DNA of 64,000 nucleotides from Veleropilina oligotropha (Eukaryota): NCBI GenBank assembly GCA_048128005.1, contig JBEUKZ010000093.1, positions 310,001 to 374,000 of the forward strand, read 5' to 3'. Shown piece by piece: positions 13,830 to 26,253 of this stretch (position 1 is its first letter; each line of letters starts with the position of its first letter). The notes under the pieces were generated by a model. It saw only the letters and a program-made list of their open reading frames with translations, ran no database searches and was not told where the DNA came from. The position numbers and the translations under genes were made by a program.

Positions 13830-14572
13830 ATCATTATATCATGTATGTATATGTAAATATTGGATATTGTTCATGTTTCATGTTTCATGTTTATTTTTAA
13901 ATAATAAAGAAGTTTGTCTCGTAATTTATATGTGTTACTCGTCACTATATATTATTGTATATATATCATGTATATATATGTAAATATTGGATATTGTTCA
14001 TGTTTCATGTTTATTTTTAAATAATAAAGAAGTTTGTCTCGTAATTTATATGTGTTACTCGTCACTATATATTATTGTATATATATCATGTATATATATG
14101 TAAATATTGGATATTGTTCATGTTTCATGTTTATTTTTAAATAATAAAGAAGTTTGTCTCGTAATTTATATGTGTTACCACCAAAAAGCGTTTAGAATAC
14201 GGGAATGTGAATAGAACGGGAAACTATTATATACGGTTCAGCTCATAGAATTATATAGTATATATATATATATATAATATATAAAACCACCAAAAAGCGT
14301 TTAGAATAATTGCTGATGACAAAATATGAAACGGTCAACAGAGCGCGCTCTATTGACTGATTACATTTTTGAAACGGTCAATCCAAGACATACGGGAATG
14401 AGAATAGAACGGGAAACTATTATATACGGTTCAGCTCATAGAATTATATAGTATATATATATATATATAATATATAAAACCACCAAAAAGCGTTTAGAAT
14501 AATTGCTGATGACAAAATATGAAACGGTCAACAGAGCGCGCTCTATTGACTGATTACATTTTTGAAACGGTC
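13830..14572. repeat. Tandem repeats in the MULE 3' region (~120 bp x3, then an ~220-bp duplication)
   Basis: aataataaagaagtttgtctcgtaatttata recurs at ~13900, 14020 and 14140; tacgggaatg..aatagaacggg recurs at ~14198 and 14391. Confidence 0.85.
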
Positions 14573-16685
14573 ATTGGAGCGCGCTCCATCGACTGCGCTC
14601 CAATGACCGTGCGCTCCATTGACCGGTTCCCTCTCATATACTAGTACTTACATTTGCTAGATTTTTGTTATTTGAATGAAAAAACGTTTCTTAAAATTTG
14701 ATATACGGAATATACTGATAATACAAGAACACAATTTCTGACATAACAGTGTCAAGTAAATATAATATTTTCGAATGAAAAAACAAGTGGCCCTATAAAA
14801 TTACCTCCCTTTATCAATCTGAGAAGTCGTGCGGTTTCGATACATGCAATCATATGAATGTCACAGTTTGCGTTTTAAACACTTGAGATTTGAGTTCAAT
14901 TATGATATATTATGATAGAAGTAACTTACATTTCGGTGCAAGTGTTGTTTAGAAGTGAAATTTAAAAATGAGTCGATCCCAATCGAATCTCAAACCAAAG
15001 CCACAAAACCCAACAATATCTTTATCACATTCTGACCCCGTGCAAAATTAAAAATATTTGGGCATATCAATCTTGGATTCACTCATACAGGGGCCGTCGG
15101 AACCAGTCCAATATTTTGGCCGGTTGCGGATATGTGTCAAGGGCGGATGGTTCAGGGTAGTCCTGTCACAATTTTGATGATTAGAAATATGGCGTTTTGC
15201 ACTGTCAGAATACATGAAAGAGGATTTCACACTGTTAACTGTCAAAATTTTAATAATGTAAGAATATTCCGTACCTTACGTATATATGTATGTAGTATAA
15301 CGAACTGTTGTCAGTGCATGGGAGAGTGGGGCCATCTTCTTCATAACATTCGCCGTACCAATTAATTAGTCGAGTAGATAACGTCAAAAAAGTACCCTAA
15401 CCGTAAAATTGCGTAGGCTTACTTACTAATGCAATTTTATTGCTTAAAATGATAGATTAACATGTAATATAGATGACAAATCAGACGGGTGCCACGCTGA
15501 AGTTGCTGAGCAATTTTTTAATGACGTCATACCCCCCATACCTAAATTTTGTAATTTGGTGAAACCAGTAAATAACCGCATATATGTGTCGTGTTTGGTG
15601 TCATATGATATATAATTGAATGCCCATTGTCAAAATAATGGTAGAAAATAATTAATTCACCATAAATAATATTAAATGACGTCAATTAGCCACGCCCCTT
15701 CTATTTATAATAAGGTCAATGTAGTATATATATATATATATATATACATATAGTCAGGTAGATAACCTAAAAAAGTACCCTAACCGTAAAGTTGCATACT
15801 AATGCAATTTTATTGTTTCAAATAGTAGATAGACATGTATAGATGAAAAATCACACGAGTGCCACGCTGGCACTATTGAACAATTTTTTTAATTGACGTC
15901 TATAGTACTCATTCCCCCCTCCCCAATCGTAAATTTTTTGATGAGGTCAAACCACTAAAATTCATATATGTATCATGTGTGGTGTCATATGATAGATAAT
16001 TAAATGCACATCATGTAAATAATGTTAGTACATAATTATTTTTTTGTAGAATATTTATTAAATTTAAATGACGTAATTAGCCACGCCCCTTGTCTTACAT
16101 AAATATGTAAAAGTAGAATGTATAACAAAACATATCGAGTTTGGTATCAAATGAAAGATAATCACCAGCACGTCAATAATCATTGGTTAAAAAATACGAT
16201 ATTATTATACTTTGGATATTTGATTTCAAATTTTCAAAGATTCATCTTTTCGAAATGTTTGAAATGTACTTTCAAAATATCAAAATATTGTTTTTTCAGT
16301 ATCGTGTCCGGGCAACATTGGCACTTCGCATTCGATTGGCAATCCGGAGAACACGTAATATTACTTCAGTTATCGGTTTCAAATGTTTTCTTCTGTTGCT
16401 TTTTTAGGATGACTTTGAAATTGTTCTTTGATACCGTTTATTGACTATTAAAACAAAGGGTAAAGATGATATAGGAAGAAAGGAGGTAGATAAATAGATC
16501 GGCAACTTCTCACTCATCTCGTTGGTGGTCATTTTATTTTAGTTCAGATGACGGTCGTCTGGTAGAGCATAATCCCATACAACAGATGCATCACTTTATC
16601 TGTCAAGTAGCCACCAAGTTAATTTGTCGTCAATACCAGTCACTATTTATGTTATTATACCGAACAAAAATGTCCATGATATTCA

Positions 16686-16860
16686 AGGCGGATTCGGCAG
16701 CCGTGCGGCGACTGTGAAATCACTGGCTTGACTGCTCTGACTAACAGGGGCGGGTTCGAATCCAGGTTGAGGCAATGTCATTCTTTGTTCAGTTATCAAT
16801 CACAGTTGTTCGTAACTGGGCTGAGAGGATGGGTCCTGGTTTGAACCAGAAGGTTATAAA
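16686..16860 (+). mobile_element. Degenerate tRNA-derived SINE (same family as 424-687)
   Basis: aatcactggcttg, B box gggttcgaatcc, and cacagttgt..taactgg core. Confidence 0.65.
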
Positions 16861-17670
16861 TAAAAGTCGATCCAATCCATGCCTTTCAATTTGACACTCT
16901 CATCACCCTTAAAATAATATAGAAATTATAGTATGGAAATCAGTGGAGAGAAAGTTAAAGTGATGGCCACCCCACGTAGAAGCATGTGCATCAACGAAGT
17001 TTCAGTGGAGGTCAAGGTAGATGTAAACACTCTAGAAGAGGTGAAGATATTTCAGTAGGCTTACTTGGGTTCAACTTTGAATGAAGACGTAACGTCGGAA
17101 ATGAAATCATGAAAAGGTTAACCATAGCCAAGCTGAATACATTATAATTATGAAATGACAGAAGTATACCGATGCTAACTAAAATGAATCTTTTGAGATC
17201 GGTGCCATTTCTCGCTGTAAGTATGCTAAACAAGGCCGCATAATAAGAACATGGAAAAGAGGAAAGCATCTTTCAAAGTACGTTGCTATCGTAGAATCTT
17301 GGCCATAACATGGATGCTGAAAGTGGTGAATATGGATGTGTAGAAGCGAGTAATGAATCAGGGGGCCGTTTCACATACTTGAGGACATCCGGCTAAGAGC
17401 GTTTCACAAAACCTTAGCTGGCTTAGAAAATGTCATATCCGTTTAAGGTTGTTAGGCAGCTTTGCAGGTATCTAATACAGATGATAGACGGCTGACTATA
17501 CTCCCCCCCCCCCTCTATAATAAATGACCAGTTGCTAAGTGACGCTAAACATCCGTTCGCCCGACCGACCGTTCCGAATCAAAATACGTTTTCCATCAAA
17601 ATACGTTATCGATGATCTGTGCCCACATTATGCAACTGTTTTGTAATTTTTAAAGAAGAATGTTGCTTTG

Positions 17671-17794
17671 GCCGCGTACCATCTCTTCTGATTGACTGCC
17701 ATATTAACTTGCCGCGTACCATCTCTTCTGATTGACTGCCATATTAACTTGCCGCGTACCATCTCTTCTGATTGACTGCCATATTAACTTGCCG
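17671..17794. repeat. 40-bp tandem repeat x3
   Basis: gccgcgtaccatctcttctgattgactgccatattaactt repeated. Confidence 0.9.
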
Positions 17795-19068
17795 TATGTG
17801 TATTTCATATCATGATAAATGTATGGTCACATTGGTCATACTATTATAATATTGTGCACGGCGTCCGACGTCCGTTTTCGTATGCGGACTGTCGGACGGG
17901 GGGGGGGGGGGGGGGGATTTCGAAAATATTATGTCATAACATAGGTGTTTTCCCAAAACACCATGTCGCCCCGTGTAAAAATTAACACTATAAAGTACAA
18001 TATAGCTTATGCAAAAGGTCGACCAGTTTTGTATGATGTTTTATAAAACGTGTTTCCATATGCACGACTGCGACATGCGTCAAAACAATATAATTCTTTC
18101 ATTTTATTCATATACTTCCTCCTCTCAGCATGCAAATATGAATAATATTTTGCATGTTATGGATATTAACGATAAAAACGAACAATCAGTGACACGAAGA
18201 GGAAACATATATGGTGAATCCATAATAGCCTTATTTCGAAATATGGCGTTATGGCGTAGGCCTACACCATCACCTTATCTAGTGAGAGATTTGTACAATA
18301 ACTTTCATTTATTCATTAATGAATTAAATGAAAGGCAGATAGTTAATGAAGAAAGTAGTTTTGGTTGAGTATACAGTATATGAACAATAGGATGACTGCA
18401 TGAGAGGAGAAAGCGACATGCTGAGATCGACGACAACAAGTTGTAAATATCCGTGCGAAATGTGTACCAATTGAGAGAGCAAGACCGGATTTAATGACAA
18501 CATTGGTAGATTAATTTATCTCCTTCATGCAGCGCTTCGTGAACCGCGTACCATCGATCAATGCGTTAAATTCAATAAAGAAGACGATGTGTAGGCTACA
18601 CCCATTTTCTTGCATACGGGCGTTAATTGTATATGTTCACTTTTTTCTCTGTATAAATATATCTTGGTGAGAAAAATAAAATAAATACTTGGTCTGAATG
18701 CCCATAGCATGAATGATCATATCCCACTTTGTGAAAATAAGACTATATGGTAGAATTGTCTCCCTGTAGCGAAATTTAATATGCTTGGCGTACATTTGTT
18801 TTCTTCCTAACAATAATAATTATTATCTCTAATTTACGATAATAATATATTTTCATGAAAAAATACTTTTTATTTAAAGTATTGGTATGCCGATATGTAA
18901 AGCTAAAATGTGTTTAATTGGCTAAATGATATTCGAAGCGGGTGTTGTCTACAATTTTTTTCAACACGCAATTAAATAGACATTAAATAGACATTAAATA
19001 GAATTTGTTTGGGTTTAGAAAGCGCATTACTGCCACTCATATAAAAACCCATTGAGTTGTCTTGTCCT

Positions 19069-21857
19069 CTATAACCTGTCCTTCTTCTTAAAATGCTCAT
19101 CTAGGCGATTTTTAAATTGGTTTACAGATGTCGATTCCACTACATTATTACGAAGAGCATTCCATTCATCGACAACCCGATTTGAGAAAAGGTGTTTTCT
19201 AACGTCTAGTCGGAATCGTTTTTTGTAAATCTTGTATTGATGCCCCCGGGTATGCCTTTGGTTCATCTGAAAAAAGGAACTATTGTCAACGTTGACTTTT
19301 CCTGTAAACATTTTAAACACCTGAATCATATCACCTCTTATCCTTCTCAAAGATAATGTTGTGAGGTTCAGAGCTCTTAGTCTCTCCTCATATGGTAATT
19401 CTCTCAATTCTCCTATCAATTTTGTGGCTCTTCTTTGAACTTGTTCTATTATATTGATATCCTTTGCAAGATATGGACACCATGCTTGCACTGCATATTC
19501 TAAATGCGGTCTAACCATTTGCTTGTATAGGCGAGTTATGATGGTTTTAGATTTAAAATAAAAATTTCTCTTTATCATTCCCAATATTTGATTTCCCTTT
19601 TTAGCTGACTCTGCACATTGATTTGATGGTTTAAATGTCTTGTCTACCCATACACCCAAATCTTTTTCTTTGGCCACTTCTTGTAAAGCTTCTGAACCCA
19701 TTTCATAATTATAGGTATTGTTATTATAACCCACATGCATTACTTTACATTTGCTGGTGTTGAAAACCATTTGCCAGTCCTCAGACCATTTTATCACATT
19801 ATTTAAATCACCTTGAAGTTTCTTTGCATCTTCTTCTGTTTCGATAATTCTGTACAGCTTGGTATCGTCTGCAAACTTTTTTACTAGAGATGTAATGACG
19901 TCATCAATATCATTTAAATATATGAGAAACAACAATGGTCCCAACACAGAACCTTGTGGGACTCCACTTAGTACTGGTTTCCATTCTGACTTTATCCCAT
20001 TTATTACAACCCTCTGTTTTCTATTTTCTAGCCACTTACATATCCAATTTAGTATTTGGCCTTTAATGCCATGGTTACTTAATTTTTGTAATAGTCGTTT
20101 ATGTGGTACTTTATCGAATGCTTTCTGAAAATCAAGATATATATGATATCAACTGGTTTGCCATTGTCAATTGCACTTGTTACATCTTCAAAAAATTCCA
20201 GTAAGTTTGTTAAACAAGATATTTTTTCCATAAACCCATGCTGACTTAGGTTTAGAAGGCCAAATTTATTTATGTGTTTTAAGATAGCATCCTTTAAGAT
20301 AGATTCCATTATTTTGCCTACTATTGATGTCAGACTAACAGGTCGATAATTTTGGGTATTTGATCGACTACCTTTTTTAAAGATTGGGGTAATATTTCCA
20401 GTCTTCCAGTCATCAGGCAAGCTGCCTTCTTGTAGAGTTTTATTGAATATCAGGGCTAATGGCTTTGCTAATTCATCTTTACCGAATTTTAGCAATTTGG
20501 GATATATGTTGTCTGGACCTGGAGCTTTACTGACATTTAGTAAGCTTATCTTTTTTTCAACCATTTCCGTAGTAATTTCAATACTTTCACAAAATGTTTC
20601 ATGATCTTCATAAATAAGTTTTACCAGTGGAATGTTTATCGTGTCCTCAATAGTATAAACAGATGCAAAATATTTGTTTAAGGATTCTGAGATTTGTGCA
20701 TCATCGGATATAACGTTTCCATGTTCATCGTTCAGGGGACCTACGACATCTTTTGTTTTTTGTTTTGACCTAATATAAGCATAAAAAGATTTGGGGTTTT
20801 CCTTGATGTTTTCTGCTAACTTTTCTTCAAAAGCTTTTTTGGCTGCTCGGATTTCTTTTTTACTTTCTTTCTCACATTCTTTATATTTTTGGTGCTCATC
20901 TGTGTCGTGTGACTCTCTGTATCGTTTCCAACGTTTATATTTCCGTCTTATAATTTTTCTGACTTTCCTGGTTAACCATGGTGGTGAATGTTTTTTGCGT
21001 CTACACTTTAATGGAACATTTCTTTTCATTATTTGTTCGATGTTATTTCGAAAACCTTCCCAACATTCCGTGGCATTTAAGTTTTCAGTTCCCTCCCAGT
21101 TTATATTTCGGAGATCTGCTTTAATTTTTTCAAAATCTGCTTTTCGATAATCTGGTATTTCTTGTTTGCTAGTTTTCACAATTGTTTTTGTGTGTAGCTG
21201 GAATTCAATTAAATCATGATCACTACATCCAAGTTTCCAAATTCTGCTAATGTTTTGCACCATATTTACCTCACTGGAAAACACTAAATCTAATACATTA
21301 TTGCCTCTAGTCGGGAAATCCACATGTTGGTGCATGAATTCATTTTGCATTGTGGTTAAAAAATCTGTTCCTGCTTTCCCACAATGTAAATTTTTCCAAT
21401 TTATATCTGGGTAATTAAAGTCTCCCATAATTAATACGTTGAACTTAGAGTTACTCACATTTCCTAATGTACTGTTTAGGTTAGCACTATTCTCTTCCGT
21501 GCTATTTGGTGACCGGTAAACAATACCTACAATTGTGGAATCTTTTTTATTATTCGCCATAATTTCACACCAAACTGAATTTTGAAAAGAGTTTATTTTA
21601 AAATCTTCGCGAGAAACAGAATTTAGTTGATCTTTGATGTATAGTAATACCCCTCCACCTCTGCCATTTAACGTATCTGTTCTATCCTCTCTGTATAATT
21701 TGTAACCCACTACATTTAATTCGGCATCATTTATGTTACTATTTGTCCATGATTCTGTAACTCCTAACACATCTGGGTTGTGTACATCGATTAGTGTTTC
21801 TAGTTCCCGTTGTTTATTCATCACACTTTGTGCATTTGTAAAGATAACTTTTAGCAC
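19069..21857 (-). pseudogene. LINE ORF2: AP-endonuclease + reverse transcriptase, frameshifted near 20140
   Basis: TNAQS, VTESW, MGDFNYP, SDH (APE); KAPGPD, YRPVSL, LGPLLFLIYLND, FADD (RT). The frame break at IIY/LDFQKAFD lies in an (AT)n run. Confidence 0.92.
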
Positions 21858-22003
21858 GTTTTGGTCTTTTTTATTTCCTTTAGATTTTGAAGGGACTATC
21901 TGCTTTCCAGTGAAATTAGTGGTCTTTCTTTGTCTCTTTGTATTATTTACACCGCTGTTTTCTGGTTGTTCCGTTCTCTGATTTGGTGATCCAACCTCCC
22001 CCT

Positions 22004-23301
22004 TTAACAGTTTAAATGTTTCTCTATCGCCCTATTTACTCCTCTGGCCAGCACTTCTCCACCCTCCAGTGAAGGGTGCAGCCCATCTCTGAAATACCAC
22101 TCCCTCCTTCCATCAAACTTGTCCCACAAATCGAAGAACCCAAACCCCTCCGAACAACAATACTCACGCAACCAGGCATTTATCTCTCTCATCTTCTCCA
22201 GCAATCTCCTAGGCGCTCTCCTTGGCAACAGCCCACCCACAATCACCTTTCTCTTACCATTGTCGTACAACTTCGGAAGCAATTCTTGGTACTTCTTCTT
22301 CATTTCCTCGGGACTGTCCTTGTCGATGTTGTTAGTCCCTATGATAACTACAACAGTGCCTTCCCCCGCAGTCAGACTGTCCGCCCTCGACGTGATATCT
22401 TCTATCTTGGCTCCCGGTAAACACACTCTCGTTCTTCTTTTCCTGTCAACAGCACAAAAAGTTTTATCAGCGTTTCTAACTATAGATGAACCTATCAAAA
22501 CAATATTATCCGACGCTATATATTCGTCTAAAACCTCCCACTCAACTCCTGCTTCATTCATACCAGCCTCTTTCGTGTCATTTGTATCACATTCATTCTT
22601 GTCTTCTATTACATTTGTATCACTCTTCCGAAGATCAATCATTTCATCAGACAGACATGCATATCTATTACCTGTTAGCGTCGTCGTCGTCGTTGTTGTA
22701 TCCGCCTTCTTGTTTCTTTTCCGCACTAATTTCCATGTATCAGTCGTCTCGGCTTCTGTTTCTGTCTTGGAGATGTCGTCCGTCTGGATTCCCACGTCGT
22801 AGTTTTCCTTGTTTAAGATTTCCTCCAGTAGTTCAACCGCAGCGTCAAGAGTATTGCATTTGTCACATACGAAAAAAAACCATCCATGCATGCATAACCA
22901 AACTCCACTTTCGCACACTCAGTCGCAAAAACTGCCCACATCTCACACTTATCACAACAGGCCCCGCTTGCATAAAGATACTTAAGTTGAGATTTTCCTC
23001 AAGTCTGAGATTTCATGACGTCACGTTCTAAATGGCTTGCGTAAAACTTCTTATAGGAAATATATGCATTATTTCCTGAAATATTTGAGGCAGGAAGCTA
23101 CCTAGCAGTCTGAAATATGTAAGGAAATAATGCAATATTTCCTAAGATGCTTAGCGTAAGAAGTTTTATGCAAGTCATTTTGAACGTGACGTCATGAAAT
23201 GACTTGAGGAAAATCTCAACTTAAGTATCTTTATGCAAGCGGGGCCAGATCCATTTGCACAACATATCACCATCCATGCATACAATATTTCGACTACCCA
23301 T
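22004..23301 (-). pseudogene. LINE ORF1: PHD-like Zn finger + coiled coil + SGNH esterase, interrupted by a MITE
   Basis: IGSSIVR, IGTNN, DGLHP esterase blocks. Removing 22961-23245 restores MGSRNIVC..WICCDKCEMW..FVCDKC, with a 1-bp slip in an A8 run at ~22872. Confidence 0.82.
22961..23245. mobile_element. MITE, probably PIF/Harbinger type
   Basis: Long TIR gccccgcttgcataaagatacttaagttgagattttcctcaagtc; 3-bp TSD CAG at 22958-22960 and 23246-23248. Confidence 0.85.
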
Positions 23302-23700
23302 TCTAAATAACCGTGAAATAAACAAAAAAGAAAGAAACTTCCTTAGTCGACTTACGCTAGTCCATTATCGTAGCCTAAACAGGCTACCAATTATTTAAAC
23401 ATTAATTAAACAATAATAGGAGCAAAATAGCTATATGTATTTAATAATTTGACATTTAGGCTATTACTTACATAAATATACATAGCATATATTAACAATT
23501 GAAATGAAATATACAGTAGTCAATAAATAATTATCCGGATTGCCAATCGAATGCGTAGTGCTGATGTTGTCCATACACGATATCGAAAAACGATATTTTA
23601 ATATTTTGAAAGTAAAATTCTAACATTTCGAAAAGATGAAACTGAATATTTGAAATCAAAAATCCAAAATATCGTATTTTTAACTTTTTGAAGGTAAATC

Positions 23701-23900
23701 AGCAGCAGGGGGGGGGGGGTGACCATACCTTTTAGAATGGAAAAATAAGGCTCCCAGCACTATTTCAGAACTGAGCTGGTTGTACTGAGGGGGACTAGGG
23801 AGATAGGGTGGGGTCCGGGGGCCCGGGGGTGGGGGCTCCCAGCCCTATTTCGGGACTCAGGGTATAGCGTGTATTACAAAAAGTCACCGTGTGTACAGAC
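23701..23900 (+). repeat. Left terminal inverted repeat
   Basis: Reverse complement of 39276-39469 with a few substitutions and a longer G run. Confidence 0.95.
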
Positions 23901-24126
23901 AGCGCTGTCCGAAAACCAGGTTACCTTATGAACAACAATACCATCGATAGTCTATTCATAAGCTACCTGGTTGCCTAGTTACGTCGCCCGACGAATGAGT
24001 TGACCTAGTAGAAGCGTGCCATATACAGTTACTCGTTGATGTAAATACAAGCTATTGTTGTCGAGTGAGTCACTTGACTGAAATGCATTGCCCAGTATCA
24101 AATGAAGGTTGACTGGATACTGGCCA

Positions 24127-24508
24127 CATTATAATCAAGGGACAGTTAACTGGACCGTTGACTTTATAATATATAGGCGGCTCTACAATATGTCTATAGT
24201 TTTTGAGGTTTCATTTTAATTAACGTGGTCTACGTTGAGAGTTGTCGTGATTTAATATTCACATCATAAGTGGCGAGACACAACCTCTAAAGCCTGGCAT
24301 GGACTATTAAGTTTTATCCATGTTAAGGCAACATTATAATCAGGGAAAGTTGACTGGACTAATGATCCAGGATTTAGTCGGCTCTACAATATGTCTATAG
24401 TTTTTGAGGTTTCATTTTAATTAACGTGGTCTACGTTGAGAGTTGTCGTGATTTAATATTCACATCATAAGTGACGAGACACAACTTCTAAAGCCTGGCA
24501 TGGACTAT
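24127..24508. repeat. Subterminal direct repeat, 201-bp period, 2 copies
   Basis: cggctctacaatatgtctatag...aaagcctggcatggactat at 24178-24308 and 24379-24509. Confidence 0.9.
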
Positions 24509-24659
24509 GTAGTAGTACTGTCAGGCTTTAGTACTTATGAGCTCGGGCCCACAATGCACTCTTCCACAACGACCTCCTCAGCATGCTTTCGAGTATTTCG
24601 AATTCTGAGGAGGAAGGCCGCGTGGCAGAAAGGTGGGTCGTGAAGATGGTGGCGCCACC

Positions 24660-25070
24660 ATAGGCCAAGAGAGGGTCGTGAAGACACCCCAGGCTACGGC
24701 TGAAATACAAGGGGGCTTCAAGAGGGCCAACCACCCCCGGGGCCAAGAGAGGGTCGTGAAGACACCCCAGGCTACGGCTGAAATACAAGGGGGCTTCAAG
24801 AGGGTCGTGAAGAGGGTGGCCGAGAGAGCCCCCGGGCCAAGAGAGGGTCGTGAGGGCAGTGGCCGAGAGGGGAGGCCCCGGGGGTGGGTGGCCGAGGGAG
24901 GCACGGGGGTGGGTGGCCGCGGCCCGGGGGGTGGGTGGCCCGGGGGTGGGTGGCCGGGGGTGGGTGGCCGAGAGAGGCCCGGGGGTGGGTGGCCGCGGCC
25001 AGGGGGTGGGTGGCCGAGGGTGGCCCGGGGGTGGTTGGCCGAGAGAGGCCCCGGGGGTGGTTGGCCCTCT
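24660..25070. repeat. 78-bp repeat plus G-rich GGGGTGGGTGGCC array
   Basis: ggccaagagagggtcgtgaagacac at 24663 and 24742, followed by many gggggtgggtggccg units. Confidence 0.85.
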
Positions 25071-25121
25071 TGAAGCCTGAAAAATATGTTTCAAGGCAGG
25101 GATTCCCCGAGATTGCAGCTG

Positions 25122-25538
25122 TTATATGAATATGTAGTTACCGCTAGCAAGCGAGCAATTGCAGGGCGAGTGTTGTCCTATCTGACTCCACGCACCCCGG
25201 CAGCCAGTAGATAGCATCGAAAAGTAATGCCCACGTTTACCTCGACATAAAGACGGCTCGGCGCACTCAATACACACAACAGTATTTGGATCAGGGCCAC
25301 AGCCATTCTCTCCATCGATAATAAAGTAGTGACACGATGGTGGGGGTACATCAGGGGGATCTCGTAGCAAGTTTCTTCGCAAGGGGTCAAGTCGTATATT
25401 GTACATGGGGTGATTTCGGTACCTAGACCACGTATGTTCCAGGATTAATGCAGTGTCGTGTCTCGACGCCTGGGTAGAGACACCCCCTAGCCAGCACACC
25501 GCGGCAATGCACAGTAGCATAGATTTCATGGATTTCAT
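25122..25538 (-). CDS. Viral hypothetical secreted Cys-rich protein
   Basis: Signal-peptide-like MLLCIAAVCWLGGVSTQA and 8 Cys in the C-terminal half; in line with the neighbouring minus-strand genes. Confidence 0.6.
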   Translation of the reverse strand: MKSMKSMLLCIAAVCWLGGVSTQASRHDTALILEHTWSRYRNHPMYNIRLDPLRRNLLRDPPDVPPPSCHYFIIDGENGCGPDPNTVVCIECAEPSLCRGKRGHYFSMLSTGCRGAWSQIGQHSPCNCSLASGNYIFI

Positions 25539-25620
25539 GGTTGTCCAGATATCACTGTCGATTTCTAGCTTTAATACGGGGGAGGAGAGGGGTAGTCGTG
25601 GCTACGCTCAACCTGGATAG

Positions 25621-26253
25621 TTAGTCGCCAGCTCCGATTTTTTTCAGCAGCTCTGCGCGTCCCTCTAAACGACCACGCTCAATAAGCTCGCTTTGGGTCT
25701 GTGAAACCGCGGTGTGCGCCTTCCTACTCTTATCCCGAATTGATGCCTGCATGGCTTGGTATTTCTCCATCTCCCCTGTGACCAGTTGGAATTCATCATT
25801 AGACATCACCCCGTCCGCTAAGGCCTTTGAGACGTGGTCGGTTATGGTATTCAGCTTGCTGTCGGCCAGTACTCTGATCTCGTCGTGCTTCTTAGCTTTC
25901 ACCCCGAGGCGTCGGCTGATATATTTCCCACCCATGCTAGCGAGCCCACACCCCAATGCCGCTAGTTCCAGCACTAGGACAACAGGTGCGGCAACGATCG
26001 TGGACAACAGTCCGATGCCGGCGCTGCCCATACCAAGGGTGGCGACGACTAGCCCGTTATCTATCCCGTCAACGACGTTAACACCTCTGCGGTACTTCTT
26101 GTACAATGCAGCTCTTGCGTCTCTCTCTCGCTCTAGCTGTCCCTGGAGCTCATTCACTTTCTGTAGTCGGAAAGACTGTGCCTCCGGCAGTTCCGAAGGC
26201 ACATCGCCACCAAGCTGTGGGTACAGCGTTGGCGCTGAGGGCTTGTTGTTCAT
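25621..26253 (-). CDS. Viral membrane-associated protein (coiled coil - hydrophobic hairpin - coiled coil)
   Basis: 210 aa; N-terminal PSAPTLYPQL; long Gly/Ala-rich hydrophobic stretch GLVVATLGMGSAGIGLLSTIVAAPVVLVLELAALGCGL. Confidence 0.8.
   Translation of the reverse strand: MNNKPSAPTLYPQLGGDVPSELPEAQSFRLQKVNELQGQLERERDARAALYKKYRRGVNVVDGIDNGLVVATLGMGSAGIGLLSTIVAAPVVLVLELAALGCGLASMGGKYISRRLGVKAKKHDEIRVLADSKLNTITDHVSKALADGVMSNDEFQLVTGEMEKYQAMQASIRDKSRKAHTAVSQTQSELIERGRLEGRAELLKKIGAGD

Larger units (their letters stand above)
8950..14630 (+). mobile_element. Complete Mutator-like DNA transposon (MULE)
   Basis: TIRs built from accggtcaatggagcgc repeats at both ends; 9-10 bp TSD (c)ctctcatat at 8940/8941-8949 and 14630/14631-14639; internal transposase gene. 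Confidence 0.92.
18971..23400 (-). mobile_element. Near full-length CR1-type LINE (decayed; 5' end approximate)
   Basis: ORF1 (Zn finger + SGNH esterase), ORF2 (APE + RT), and a 3' tail of tandem TCTATTTAATG at 18971-19001. Confidence 0.9.

Noticed and set aside
24528..25129. Pro-rich and Gly-rich ORFs as genes
   Set aside because: Open in many frames because of GC-rich tandem repeats, with no recognisable domain; left uncalled.
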